A stretch of 63,925 bases of DNA, the filler included, from an uncultured bacterium (GTDB taxonomy: Bacteria > CAYUVA01), in assembly GCA_964448115.1 (NCBI GenBank). It is 3 parts of 3 records of this genome, joined end to end, with 100 filler letters (N's around TTAATTAATTAA, not from the genome) between each part and the next. Parts side by side here need not be neighbours in the genome. Positions count along the whole stretch, not along the records: positions 29,895 to 59,447 come from CAYUVA010000048.1; 2 more parts are not named here. One strand, 5' to 3'. The position numbers were made by a program, and so were the translations under genes. The notes under the pieces are model-generated. The model worked only from the letters and a program-made list of their open reading frames with translations, did no database searches and was not told where the DNA came from. Numbering within the stretch: the stretch's first letter is position 1; every line of letters starts with the position of its first letter. Shown piece by piece: positions 30,917-41,081 of the stretch.

Positions 30917-33385
30917 TTATAATCGACGCCCTCGTTTGCCGGTTGTAAAGGCAAGCGAGCTTTCCGCCATATCGGTGGCGCTAAGCCCTTTTTCTTCGGC
31001 TGTCTTAATGAGAAGTTGTTTCAACTCATCGATCGTTCGTCCATCGAACATTGAGGGTTCGAGCCATAGCCTGGATGCGATTGCCTTGATATATTCTGCG
31101 CCCAGGTTCTCCTCGGTAACGGTTATGTTATCAATAATAAGCGAATTCCAGGCATCTCGTAGATTATTCTCATACTGATCTCCAAACGGCATGGGGAACA
31201 ACAGGTGTACTATCCCCTTTGCATCTATGTTTAGCAGGTAAACATACGCGATTTTATTGGTTGTAATGCTGACATTCAGGGTATCTCCAGGATGGAAGAA
31301 TCCGCCTGTATCATTCAATAAAGTCAGATTGACCAGCATGGTGTCCTCTTGTGTTGCTTGTTCTGTAGCAGTTGGTTGTGGTGTCGGCTGCAAGAGTGGT
31401 TGGGTCATCTTTTTGGCTTGGGTCGCATTTATCGGCGGCTCGTATTGGAGTCCCTCTGGAAACACTTTCTTTGGCACAAGCGTATTCGGGGTTGAGTATA
31501 GCAGGTTGCCGGTATCTGCATCGTAGATATTGATGACGATATCCACCTGTTCTCCTTTATCCTTGTAAGAGCCGGTAACATCTCCGTTGACGAAGGTTCT
31601 TGCGGTTGCTCTTGTCCGCACCCCTCTGAAGTATGTCTGTCTAGCTCTTGCTTCCTGCTCCTTATCGAGGATCTCGAAGCTGGTAGCCTTGAGTAGATGC
31701 GCCTTGACCTGGTTTCTCAGGTAGCTTCCGAACTCGGTTGGGGCGCCGGTCTCTCTTTCTACGATCTCCTGGACGATCAGCTTCTGTCCTTTTAGCATCT
31801 CGGAGAGATCACTTGGATTTAGCATAGAGTCAAGGTAGTAGTCCAGGTTCTTTTCTGCTTCCCTAAGAGTCCATTTCAACTCATATCGGTCGCCGGCAAT
31901 GATGCTCTGGCTCTTTTTTAAGCTCCATTTCCCTCCTTTTTGCTCCCAACCTCTTTTATCCAAGAAGGGATCAAGTCCTTTGAAGGTGATTACAGCAGCA
32001 AGCGCCTCGTAATTACCATCGGGATCACGCATCTCGATGCGATAATCGCCGGCTTGTATCTTGTCGTAGATAAACGGGGTAACGCCGATCTTCTTTCCCC
32101 GCAGATAGACATCCATTTTTCCTGGCTTGGAGTCGAAGTGGCACTTGGTAATCTGCTCGATGTAGAACTTTATATTATTAAGATTGGACAAGTGATACCG
32201 TGCCTGGTCGATCAAGTATTCATAAGGCTCCTCAGCAACAAGCTCATCGCTTCTCCAGGTATATTTCTTAGCCTCTTGGAGCCGATCATTGAACCGCTTG
32301 AGGGCAGCATTAAAATAATCCAAATGGAGGTTAACAGAGACCTTGTTGCTATCGATATTAACATCTGTACTCCTTATCAGACCGATGCCTTCATCGTTGG
32401 TTACCACCGAAGGAGGGTTTTTCATGCGATCGGCGAAGAACTCAGCCCTCAGCTTCCGGAACCTGGTGCCCTGGTTGGCGAAGATCTGTATCTCGATGTA
32501 TTGCTTAAGTTCCTTTGGCGACCTCATTGACAAGAATTCGTCAGGCGCCCCGGGACCATAATGGAGAAATCCTTCATTATCTCTAAGCCGGTAATCGATA
32601 TTAACCATCATACCACTCAAGGCTTCCAGCACCGTTTTTATGCTTTGATCAATGCCTTCGTGGCTGTAATCCAGCTTTACCTTGCCGAGAGATTCATCCA
32701 CATTGTCCAGGAACTCCTTCTTTGCATTGTATCGCATCAGGTAAGTGATATAGTCGAAGTATTCCCTGACGGTTCTGAACTTGGCGGTTGTGCTTCCAGT
32801 GCGGTGGTCAATCGGTGTCTTGGGAAACAGACGGTCGAACTTGCGGTACTTGGATTTTTGAATCAGTTCGATAGCCTGCTTTAGGCTCTCGTCGGTGCCC
32901 TTATCAATGAGGTGATTCAATTCATCGAGTAAGCTGCCGTAGATATCTCTGTACAGGTCAAGGATCGCCTCCTGGATAGCATTATCCGGGCAGGTTACCA
33001 ACACACAGTACTCTTTTTTCCCCTCACAGCTTTTGTTTTTTCTCTCTATGCGTTCCTGCACATTGTACTTTATCTTTAGCGGCATCGAGCCAAATGTCGC
33101 CTCATACTTTTCGGTTCTAACCACCTCCGCCTCGATGATCTCCGTGGTGCCCTCCTGTCCGAATCGGAAGCGGTTTGTGCCTCCGATCTCGACTCCGGTT
33201 AGCTCCTTAACCAGGTCTGTCTTGGCTAGCGCCTCAGCTATGGAATAGTTATCTTCAGGGCTGCTGGCGCTGCAGGCGCACCTTTCTGCTGATCTGATTG
33301 CAACAGCTCTCTCAGCGCCTAAAAAAAGCCAAAACATGAACACTAAAACGATAACAAGGTAACTACGATAGCAGGATTGGTTCAT
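30917..33385 (-). CDS. Secreted protein with PEGA, FlgO/CsgG-like and DUF4384-like domains
   Basis: Signal peptide; SKPGKMDVYLRGKKIGVTP (PEGA); TEFGSYL..VTGSY (FlgO-like); FHPGD..YVYLLNIDAKGIVHLLFP..GAEYIKAIAS (DUF4384). Confidence 0.7.
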   Translation of the reverse strand: MNQSCYRSYLVIVLVFMFWLFLGAERAVAIRSAERCACSASSPEDNYSIAEALAKTDLVKELTGVEIGGTNRFRFGQEGTTEIIEAEVVRTEKYEATFGSMPLKIKYNVQERIERKNKSCEGKKEYCVLVTCPDNAIQEAILDLYRDIYGSLLDELNHLIDKGTDESLKQAIELIQKSKYRKFDRLFPKTPIDHRTGSTTAKFRTVREYFDYITYLMRYNAKKEFLDNVDESLGKVKLDYSHEGIDQSIKTVLEALSGMMVNIDYRLRDNEGFLHYGPGAPDEFLSMRSPKELKQYIEIQIFANQGTRFRKLRAEFFADRMKNPPSVVTNDEGIGLIRSTDVNIDSNKVSVNLHLDYFNAALKRFNDRLQEAKKYTWRSDELVAEEPYEYLIDQARYHLSNLNNIKFYIEQITKCHFDSKPGKMDVYLRGKKIGVTPFIYDKIQAGDYRIEMRDPDGNYEALAAVITFKGLDPFLDKRGWEQKGGKWSLKKSQSIIAGDRYELKWTLREAEKNLDYYLDSMLNPSDLSEMLKGQKLIVQEIVERETGAPTEFGSYLRNQVKAHLLKATSFEILDKEQEARARQTYFRGVRTRATARTFVNGDVTGSYKDKGEQVDIVINIYDADTGNLLYSTPNTLVPKKVFPEGLQYEPPINATQAKKMTQPLLQPTPQPTATEQATQEDTMLVNLTLLNDTGGFFHPGDTLNVSITTNKIAYVYLLNIDAKGIVHLLFPMPFGDQYENNLRDAWNSLIIDNITVTEENLGAEYIKAIASRLWLEPSMFDGRTIDELKQLLIKTAEEKGLSATDMAESSLAFTTGKRGRRL

Positions 33386-33451
33386 TTCTATACCTCCCTG
33401 TATATATGTTCTCCTTAAAATGCTTGGATAAACTAATCAACCTTCATTGAC

Positions 33452-33480
33452 ATTATAAGAATATCATAAACAAGTTGCAA
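33452..33480 (-). promoter_or_regulatory. sigma70-type promoter for the 33385 gene
   Basis: Minus strand TTGCAA-17 nt-TATAAT. Confidence 0.55.
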
Positions 33481-33684
33481 TGAACAGTCTTTTGGAGAAA
33501 TCATATTTTATCTTGAATAATCGAATTAAAATATTCGCTTGACACGATGCATCTGGGTTTGTTATCGTAATAAATGCCTTGTTTAAGGAAGAGGTCGAGC
33601 AAATTATAGCTGTAATTAACACACAGGCTGCGTTTGGAAATGAAAGATTCTAGCGGATCTCATATCAATCCCAAGGAGGTTTAG

Positions 33685-34467
33685 ATGAACATAGTTGTAT
33701 GCATGAAGGAGGTTCCAGATACCGAAGCCAAGCTTCGACTCAAGGATGGAGCCGTTGACCTGGCTGAGGTCAAGATGATCCCCAATCCCTATGACGAGTT
33801 CGCTGTCGAGGAAGCATTACGTATTAAAGAAAAACAGGGAGACGGAAAGGTTACGGTGGTTTGTCTTGGACCGGACAGCGCCGGGCAATCGATCAGGCAG
33901 TTCTTGGCAATGGGCGCCGATGATGCTGTACATCTCAACGATGAGGCGCTGCTAGGTGGCGATGCACTATCAACCTCAAAAGCGCTAAAGGCTGCCATTG
34001 AGCAGCTCAATCCAGACCTGATCCTGTGCGGAAAGCAGGCTATCGACCAGGACAACGCCCAGGTCGGCATCCGCCTCGCCGAGCTGATGGGTATCCCCCA
34101 TGTCAGCGTGGTTACCAAGCTCGAAGTAAAGGATACAAGCGCGGTCGCTACCAGGGAGATCGATGGCGGCAAGGAAGTGGTCGAAGTGCCATTGCCCGCG
34201 GTCATCACCTGCCAAAAAGGACTGAACGAGCCTCGATATGCCTCGCTCAAGGGCATTATGATGGCAAAGAGAAAGAAGATAGAAAAAAAGACCGCCGCTG
34301 ATCTGGGGCTTGAGGCTTCTATGATCGGGAAAGGCGGAGCTGGTATGGAGATAGTCGAGTTGCTGCCACCTCCGCAGCGAAAAGCAGGCAAGAAGTTCGA
34401 GGGCGACCTCGCTGAGATAGTGCCCCAGGTCGTGAAGCTGCTTAAAGAAGAAGCAAAGGTTATCTAA
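33685..34467 (+). CDS. etfB: Electron transfer flavoprotein beta subunit
   Basis: VCMKEVPD, NPYDEFAVEEA, GKQAID, NEPRYASLKGIM. Confidence 0.96.
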   Translation: MNIVVCMKEVPDTEAKLRLKDGAVDLAEVKMIPNPYDEFAVEEALRIKEKQGDGKVTVVCLGPDSAGQSIRQFLAMGADDAVHLNDEALLGGDALSTSKALKAAIEQLNPDLILCGKQAIDQDNAQVGIRLAELMGIPHVSVVTKLEVKDTSAVATREIDGGKEVVEVPLPAVITCQKGLNEPRYASLKGIMMAKRKKIEKKTAADLGLEASMIGKGGAGMEIVELLPPPQRKAGKKFEGDLAEIVPQVVKLLKEEAKVI

Positions 34468-34491
34468 CCAGGCGAGAAAGGATGGTATAAA

Positions 34492-35469
34492 ATGGCTAAT
34501 ATACTGGCAGTTGTAAATAAAGCACATGGGAAAACGCCAAAGGTATCTTACGAGGCTATAGGCTTGGCAAAGAAGCTCGCTTCAGCAGGCGGTGGAAACG
34601 CTATGGCTGCTATACTGGGCAGCAATGTAAAGGATGTAGCAGCCACCCTGGCTCATTACGGGGCAGACAAGGTACTGGTTGCCGACAGCGATGCCTTGAA
34701 GGATTATACACCTGAGGGCTATGCTGCCGTGGTTACTGGAATAATAAAGGAGCACAACCCGGATCTGGTCATCTTCGGCGCCAACTCCTTTGGTAAGGAT
34801 CTGGCACCGCGCGTGGCTGCCAAGCTCGATATCGGAGTGGCTTCAGATTGCATCGACTTCGAGGCTGCTGGCGAGGGATTCGTCATAACCAGACCTATCT
34901 ATGCCGGCAAGGTCATCGCCAGGGTGAAGATGACCAAAAAGCCTGCAATAGCTACCATTAGACCCAATATCTTCGCTGCCCCGCAACCTGATGAGTCCCT
35001 AAGCGCCGAGATGATCGATGTCGCGGTTGATACAGGTGAAATCAAGACAAAGGTGATCGAGGTGATCACCCAAAAAAGCGATCGACCACAACTGACCGAG
35101 GCTGATATAATCGTCTCCGGCGGACGCGGCTTGAAGGAAAAGGAAAACTATAAGCTGATAGAGGAGCTTGCCGACATACTAGGCGCTGCAACCGGCGCAA
35201 GCAGAGCCATAGTCGATGAGGGCTGGGTGGATCACTCTAACCAGGTGGGACAGACCGGCAAGGTCGTTTCCCCTTCATTGTACATTGCCATAGGCATCTC
35301 GGGAGCCATACAACACCTTGCTGGGATGGGATCCTCAAAGGTGATCATGGCGATCAACAAAGACCCCGAGGCACCGATATTCAATGTCGCCGACTACGGC
35401 ATCGTGGCAGACCTATTCCAGGCGGTGCCTATCCTGAAGGAGGAGCTGAAGAAGGCGCTTGCAACTTGA
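34492..35469 (+). CDS. etfA: Electron transfer flavoprotein alpha subunit
   Basis: [35 protein letters not shown]. Confidence 0.96.
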   Translation: MANILAVVNKAHGKTPKVSYEAIGLAKKLASAGGGNAMAAILGSNVKDVAATLAHYGADKVLVADSDALKDYTPEGYAAVVTGIIKEHNPDLVIFGANSFGKDLAPRVAAKLDIGVASDCIDFEAAGEGFVITRPIYAGKVIARVKMTKKPAIATIRPNIFAAPQPDESLSAEMIDVAVDTGEIKTKVIEVITQKSDRPQLTEADIIVSGGRGLKEKENYKLIEELADILGAATGASRAIVDEGWVDHSNQVGQTGKVVSPSLYIAIGISGAIQHLAGMGSSKVIMAINKDPEAPIFNVADYGIVADLFQAVPILKEELKKALAT

Positions 35470-35498
35470 TTACAGCCTCTTTCGAGGATTCAAAATAT

Positions 35499-35543
35499 AA
35501 GCCTGCCTTAAGTATCCTAAAAATAATCTAAGGCAGGCTTTTT
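35499..35543 (+). terminator. Putative intrinsic terminator after etfA
   Basis: 12-bp stem AAGCCTGCCTTA / TAAGGCAGGCTT followed by a T run. Confidence 0.6.
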
Positions 35544-35911
35544 AGCTCTTATAGCTTAGGGTGCCATAGGACAGGATAATCACTCTATCACTGCCCGTGA
35601 TTACTGGATGCCCGCCGGCGCGGGAATGACATGGGGTTGCCGGTTGGCGAAACAAGTCTTATGTCAAGAGCAGCACCGATTCCGACCTATTCGGGAGCAT
35701 GAAAATTGTTACCTGCGAAATTGCGCTATCTTTATTAGGTAAGTAATCTAATCAATGGCTTTATAAAGCGCAAAGATTACGCAAAGATTAACCGAAATAA
35801 GGCAAATATCCTCATAAATCCTCTCGAAAAAGAGCTTGACCTTTGATATAAAGAAACCTGAATTGTAATGTATATTATGAAATGTCCCTCTAGTAAAGAC
35901 GGTGATGCGAG

Positions 35912-36523
35912 ATGAGATTGATTGGACTAACCGGCGGGTACGCATCGGGAAAGAGCATCGCACTTAAGGAGTTCGCTGTGCTCGGCTGCCAGGTGATGGA
36001 TGCTGACCATATTGCCAGAGATGTTACCCTTCCCGGACAACCTGCCTACGAAGAGATCATTGCAGAATTCGGCTCCGAGGTCCTCAATCGCGATGAGACC
36101 ATAAATCGAGCCAGGCTCGGAGAGATCGCATTTGCAGACCCCGGCAAGATGGAACGGCTCGCTGCCATCACCCACCCTAGGATCTACGAGAGGATGATGA
36201 GCCGAATACGAGAAATCTATCTAAGCTCACCGTCATCGGACCTGGTCATCGAGATAGCGCTGCTTATCGAGATCAAGCTCTACGAACAGATGGACAAGGT
36301 GATCGTGGTTTACTGCGATGAGGATCAGCAGCTTTGCAGGGCAATGCAGCGAGATGGGCTGTCCGAAGAGGAGGCTATGGTGCGGCTTGGCAGGCAAATG
36401 CCGATAAAGGAGAAGCTCAAGTACGCCGACTTTGTAATCTACAATACAGGTGATATAAGGGAACTGAAAGAACAAGTTAAGAGCATCTACGCGCTCATAC
36501 GCGCTGAAGAGATCGAGGAATAA
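35912..36523 (+). CDS. coaE: Dephospho-CoA kinase
   Basis: IGLTGGYASGKS, DADHIA, ITHP, LLIE, QMPIKEK. Confidence 0.93.
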   Translation: MRLIGLTGGYASGKSIALKEFAVLGCQVMDADHIARDVTLPGQPAYEEIIAEFGSEVLNRDETINRARLGEIAFADPGKMERLAAITHPRIYERMMSRIREIYLSSPSSDLVIEIALLIEIKLYEQMDKVIVVYCDEDQQLCRAMQRDGLSEEEAMVRLGRQMPIKEKLKYADFVIYNTGDIRELKEQVKSIYALIRAEEIEE

Positions 36524-36530
36524 ATAAAGG

Positions 36531-37760
36531 ATGTTATTCGAGAACCTCATGGTCGCCATTTCAGCCCTATGGGCGAACAAGCTAAGGGCGATCCTCACCA
36601 CCCTGGGCATAATCATCGGCGTTATGGCGGTAATAGCCGTAGTTTCCATTATTCAAGGGCTATCCAAGTATATCACCGACTTTTTCATGGACCTAGGCTC
36701 CAATACGCTTTGGGTTGTGCCCCACAGACCGCACGGCAAGGAGGGAGAGAAGCTAGGAAGGATCAAGCTCACCGTCGAGGATGCCAATGCCATAGCGGAG
36801 AAGTGTCCCAGTATCACCAATGTAACCCCCCAGATGTACGAGTCCGCCTCCATAAGGTACCAGGGACAGGTGGAGACAACTTCAATCCTCGGCGTCTCCG
36901 AGCGATACCAGGAGATAAACAACTACTATGTTGAGTACGGTCGTTTTATCACCCCTATGGATATAAAGAGTCGCAAGCGGGTTGCTGTAATCGGTTCATC
37001 CATCCCCAAGATGCTGGATACAAAGGATGACCTGCTCAACCAGTACATCAAGCTCAATAATCGGCGCTTCTTTATCATCGGCGTCATGGAGAATCGGGGG
37101 AGCTTCTTCGGTGAAAGCAGAGATGAGCTTATCCTCATCCCATATTCAACGATGGAGAAGATCTACGGTAAGAGAGTCAGTAAGCAGATAGTGATCATCG
37201 CCAATGTAAAGCCGAATAGCACGGTTGAAGCCGCTAAGGAGGAAATCAGGCTACTGCTTCGGTCTCGACATAATCTTTCATCCGGGCAGCCGAACGACTT
37301 CAGAATAGCGACCCAGGATCAGATACTGCAAGAGTTCAAGAAGATATCCTCGATCATAACCGGGGTGGCTGCTGGTATCGTAAGCATAGCGCTTCTGGTT
37401 GGTGGCATCGGCATCATGAACATCATGTTGGTCTCGGTAACCGAACGCACCCGTGAGATCGGCATCCGCAAGTCGGTCGGCGCCAAGACCAGGGATATCA
37501 TGTTCCAGTTCCTGGTCGAGTCGGTAACCCTGAGCATCTTTGGGGGGATTATTGGCATAATAATCGGTTACCTGGTCGGCATGGGGGGAGTAATGGCTCT
37601 GTCAAAATATACTGGCGTGCAGATGCCGGCTGCCTATGTGCCGATATGGGCTATTGTTCTTGGGTTCTGCTTCTCTGCTGGCGTTGGTCTATTTTTCGGA
37701 ATATATCCAGCCATGAAGGCTGCGCGACTCGATCCCATCGAAGCGCTCCGCTATGAGTAG
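36531..37760 (+). CDS. ABC transporter permease, MacB/FtsX type
   Basis: LTTLGIIIGV, GGIGIMNIMLVSVTERTREIGIRK, LDPIEALRYE. Confidence 0.93.
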   Translation: MLFENLMVAISALWANKLRAILTTLGIIIGVMAVIAVVSIIQGLSKYITDFFMDLGSNTLWVVPHRPHGKEGEKLGRIKLTVEDANAIAEKCPSITNVTPQMYESASIRYQGQVETTSILGVSERYQEINNYYVEYGRFITPMDIKSRKRVAVIGSSIPKMLDTKDDLLNQYIKLNNRRFFIIGVMENRGSFFGESRDELILIPYSTMEKIYGKRVSKQIVIIANVKPNSTVEAAKEEIRLLLRSRHNLSSGQPNDFRIATQDQILQEFKKISSIITGVAAGIVSIALLVGGIGIMNIMLVSVTERTREIGIRKSVGAKTRDIMFQFLVESVTLSIFGGIIGIIIGYLVGMGGVMALSKYTGVQMPAAYVPIWAIVLGFCFSAGVGLFFGIYPAMKAARLDPIEALRYE

Positions 37761-38347
37761 TAGAATTGGATCGATAACCTCACCCCCACTTTTCATTGCA
37801 TGGTTGATCCTTGCTGCCTCGGTTCTTTGCTTATTCATCATCGATTCGATGTGCGAGGAGAATAATTACATGGTGGGCGATCTGGGCAGCGAGATAGATA
37901 GCATCCTCGCCGAGGATTTTTATAAAGGCATGTCTGTTAGCATATCAATAAGCTCGCTGAAGGAAGGCGATGTGGTATATTCTCGCAATGCCGATGAATT
38001 GATGGTTCCTGCATCGCTTGCCAAATTATTCACTTCTTATGTAGCTCTAGAGCTGCTCGGCGCTGATTACAACTTCACCATGGACATATATACATCCGGC
38101 GAGGTCGATCAGGGAACTCTTCGTGGAGGCTATCGCATTGTCTAAGCGCTGTATCGATGGATTGCTTCGGGCTTATGAGGCTGAGCTTTTCTTTACCCAT
38201 CGGGTGCGAAGAGGAGATTCCCTGTGGAGCTTGAGCAGGAAATATGACCTTGAAATAGGCTCCATCAAGTGGTTAAATCGAATAAAGGGTGATAGCCTGA
38301 AAATGGGTGATAGACTAATCATTAGAAGAAAGTACTCGGAGAAGTGA
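37753..38347 (+). pseudogene. dacB: Internally deleted D-Ala-D-Ala carboxypeptidase (PBP4/S13) gene with a C-terminal LysM domain, split into two frames
   Basis: 37753..38145 has PASLAK (SxxK) and LLGADYNF..GTL and then stops; 38123..38347 encodes LysM (HRVRRGDSLWSLSRKY..N..LKMGDRL). Confidence 0.65.
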
Positions 38348-38350
38348 AAC

Positions 38351-39487
38351 ATGGAGGATGAACCTAAGATAATACCTGTTCTCTTGGAGGTTCTCGAGGA
38401 ATACTTCGATGATGACTGTGTGGTAATTCGCTTTGGCTTTGAATATGATGGAGAGCTTCTCGATTTCGAGGAGGAATTCAAGATACAAAAGCCGAGCGAT
38501 ATGGTTAAAGAACTATTCAAGTTAGCTTATGAAACCGCTTACGAGAGACTAGATATCGAGCAGGATATTCCAGCTTGGACAAGGATGCGCATATATAAAA
38601 GGCAGAAGGTAATAAGGACGATAAAGGATATCTTTAGCAAGATAAACGATTATTACTACAGTTCCCTGGAGCAACCGCTGAATACGGAGGATGTGCTCGA
38701 CATAGAAACTATTCTGGTCGATCTTTACTTGGATACCTTCAACACAAGCACCATGTCCTTCGAGGATAGAGCGAATATATTCATATCCAAGGGAAAAAGC
38801 GACCTGTTGGCTCGCATTTATGAGAGCGCTATATTCTACCTGCTCAAGTCGGTGGCATTGGCTCCGCAAAATCCCTTTACCCACTTCTACCTGGGCTACG
38901 CTTACCAGTACACAGGAAAACATTCGATGGCTCATCTATACTTTATCCAGGCACTGGAGAACTCTGACGAGGCAGACTGGGTATTATACGAGGCGGCCGG
39001 TATTTCAAGCATCCTGGCTCAGGATTTCGAACAAGCAGCCAAGATATTCGAGAGGGGACTATCCCTCATGCCTAATAATATAAATATGCTCATCGGATTG
39101 GCTAATGTGCGATTTGTTACCGGAATGGATTACCTGGAGTATGTTGATCAAGCCTTTAAGATAGATCCCAGGATGGCAGGTGATCTAATCAAGAACCAAT
39201 GGATCTATAAAAAACCTGAAGAGGAAAAGGATGCTCGATGGGATCTTGCCGCTGCTGCCGCCTATTTGAACATACACCAATACCAGCTTTTTAAAAAAGC
39301 AAGACGCAGACATATACCCTGCTATGAGCTGGAGGAGAATGTTTATTACTTCGTACCAGTACAGATAGATCGTTGGCTAGAGCTTTGTCAGCGATATGGA
39401 TTGCTTCGCCGCAAGTACGATCAGAACCTATTGGCAGCCGAAAGAGCTATGTTCGAGAATAATCAAAATTTGGATATGGATATCTAA
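38351..39487 (+). CDS. TPR protein with C-terminal excisionase-like HTH
   Basis: TPRs (LAPQNPFTHFYLGYAY); WDLAAAAAYLNI..IPCY..F..IDRWL. Confidence 0.7.
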   Translation: MEDEPKIIPVLLEVLEEYFDDDCVVIRFGFEYDGELLDFEEEFKIQKPSDMVKELFKLAYETAYERLDIEQDIPAWTRMRIYKRQKVIRTIKDIFSKINDYYYSSLEQPLNTEDVLDIETILVDLYLDTFNTSTMSFEDRANIFISKGKSDLLARIYESAIFYLLKSVALAPQNPFTHFYLGYAYQYTGKHSMAHLYFIQALENSDEADWVLYEAAGISSILAQDFEQAAKIFERGLSLMPNNINMLIGLANVRFVTGMDYLEYVDQAFKIDPRMAGDLIKNQWIYKKPEEEKDARWDLAAAAAYLNIHQYQLFKKARRRHIPCYELEENVYYFVPVQIDRWLELCQRYGLLRRKYDQNLLAAERAMFENNQNLDMDI

Positions 39488-39622
39488 GCCAGATTTGTGC
39501 TTGCTCAGCTCCCCTATATTCGTCTAAATCACCATATCACCTCTTGTTGAGTAACATTCACGCCCAAAGATCTCATGCTTACTTTAATATCAAGGCAGCC
39601 TGCTATATAATGCCACCCTAGG

Positions 39623-40594
39623 ATGGCTATAGGATACGGCGATAGATCACCTTACGGGTTAACAAGCCTGACCATTATTTGTTGCGCGATGCTCTTTATT
39701 TGCTCCTGTGGTGGAGAAAAGGTGCATCGTCGCATTGGAGAATCTTATGAGCTGCTGCTAACCCATGCCTTCTATCCCTGCTACTCGATGGACAATAAGC
39801 GACTTGTCTTTGCCTCGTCGGAGAGGGGAAGAATGCAATTAAGCGAGATCCTGCTTTTCGATATGGACACTAAGCACCTGACCCGAATAACCGATAACGA
39901 GTATGCTGACACACAGCCATGTTTCTCGTTTAACGGGAAGATGATCGCATTTACCAGGACCGTTGGAGGTAAAGATGATATTTATCTGCATATACTATCG
40001 AGCAACCAGAGCAGGAGATTGACCAGCTTCGGGGGTAACTATCCTGCATTCACTCCCGATGATAAAAGGGTTATCTTCACCTCAGCCAGGAACGATTCGG
40101 TTGCCCTGTTCGAGATCGATGTGCTGACCGGCGCGTTGAGCGAGGTTGTGAGCGCAGATTATCCGTGTTGGTACGGCAGATACTCGCCAGATGGACGCTA
40201 TCTAGTATTCAGCGTTACAGAGAATGGGAATGATGACCTTTACATAAAGGATCTAAAGAATGATAGCTACCACCAGGTAACCTTTGGCGATGCGAACGAT
40301 CGCTTTGCATGCTTCGCACCAGATAGCAGGACCATCTATTTCAGCTCCGATAGAGTAAGCCCCTTCGGCGCCAGGGGTAACAATCAGGCGGTCGATATCT
40401 GGCGACTCGATATCGAAGATATCACTAAGCCGAAGATCTCTCGTATCACGCATTCCCACTATAATTTTACAAAAAACCTTCACCCAGCGGTCTCTCCTGA
40501 TGGTCAGACATTGCTGTTCTCCACCAACAGCGTTGGATTGAACTGGGGCGTTGCCATGATCAGTCTTACGGGGATAAAAAGTGGTGGAAACTAG
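39623..40594 (+). CDS. TolB-like PD40 beta-propeller lipoprotein
   Basis: Lipobox ICSC; repeated P.FSPDG..I.F.S motifs. Confidence 0.85.
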   Translation: MAIGYGDRSPYGLTSLTIICCAMLFICSCGGEKVHRRIGESYELLLTHAFYPCYSMDNKRLVFASSERGRMQLSEILLFDMDTKHLTRITDNEYADTQPCFSFNGKMIAFTRTVGGKDDIYLHILSSNQSRRLTSFGGNYPAFTPDDKRVIFTSARNDSVALFEIDVLTGALSEVVSADYPCWYGRYSPDGRYLVFSVTENGNDDLYIKDLKNDSYHQVTFGDANDRFACFAPDSRTIYFSSDRVSPFGARGNNQAVDIWRLDIEDITKPKISRITHSHYNFTKNLHPAVSPDGQTLLFSTNSVGLNWGVAMISLTGIKSGGN

Positions 40595-41081
40595 GGATAA
40601 TGATGCCCTTCAGACATTAATCCTGCTGAGCGGGGCTGCCTTGATTATGTTGGTTTGCCTTGTCGCTTTGCAGGATAAAGTCTTGTCCAAGCCGTCAGAG
40701 AAGGCATTCGGTTATCCTTCATTCGAGGAGGTCTATGGCCAATCAAAGATCGAGTCAAAAGGCATCTATCCGGGAGATCTGGATAACCTTGAGCATACAA
40801 GCTGCCAGCCCGCGATAATATACAGGGAGACCTATAATTCCTCTATTTTCGAGATTTATTGTCTCCCTTTATGCATGAAGAAGATCGACATCAATCATGC
40901 AAGCTCGATCCAGCTTCAGTTGATTAGCGGTATAGGACCGTCTATCGCTGAGAGCATAATCGAGACCAGGCAATCTTTGGGTGGCTTCGGAAGCATAGAC
41001 GACCTCTATAAGACGCCATCTTTGAGCCAAGAACTGGTTGGAAAGCTCGGCGAGCATTTCATACTCCCACCCGATGAATAG
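40581..41081 (+). CDS. comEA: ComEA-like helix-hairpin-helix DNA-binding protein
   Basis: IDINHAS..LQLISGIGPSIAESII..R..GGF.SIDDL; adjacent to comEC. Confidence 0.75.
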   Translation: MVETRDNDALQTLILLSGAALIMLVCLVALQDKVLSKPSEKAFGYPSFEEVYGQSKIESKGIYPGDLDNLEHTSCQPAIIYRETYNSSIFEIYCLPLCMKKIDINHASSIQLQLISGIGPSIAESIIETRQSLGGFGSIDDLYKTPSLSQELVGKLGEHFILPPDE

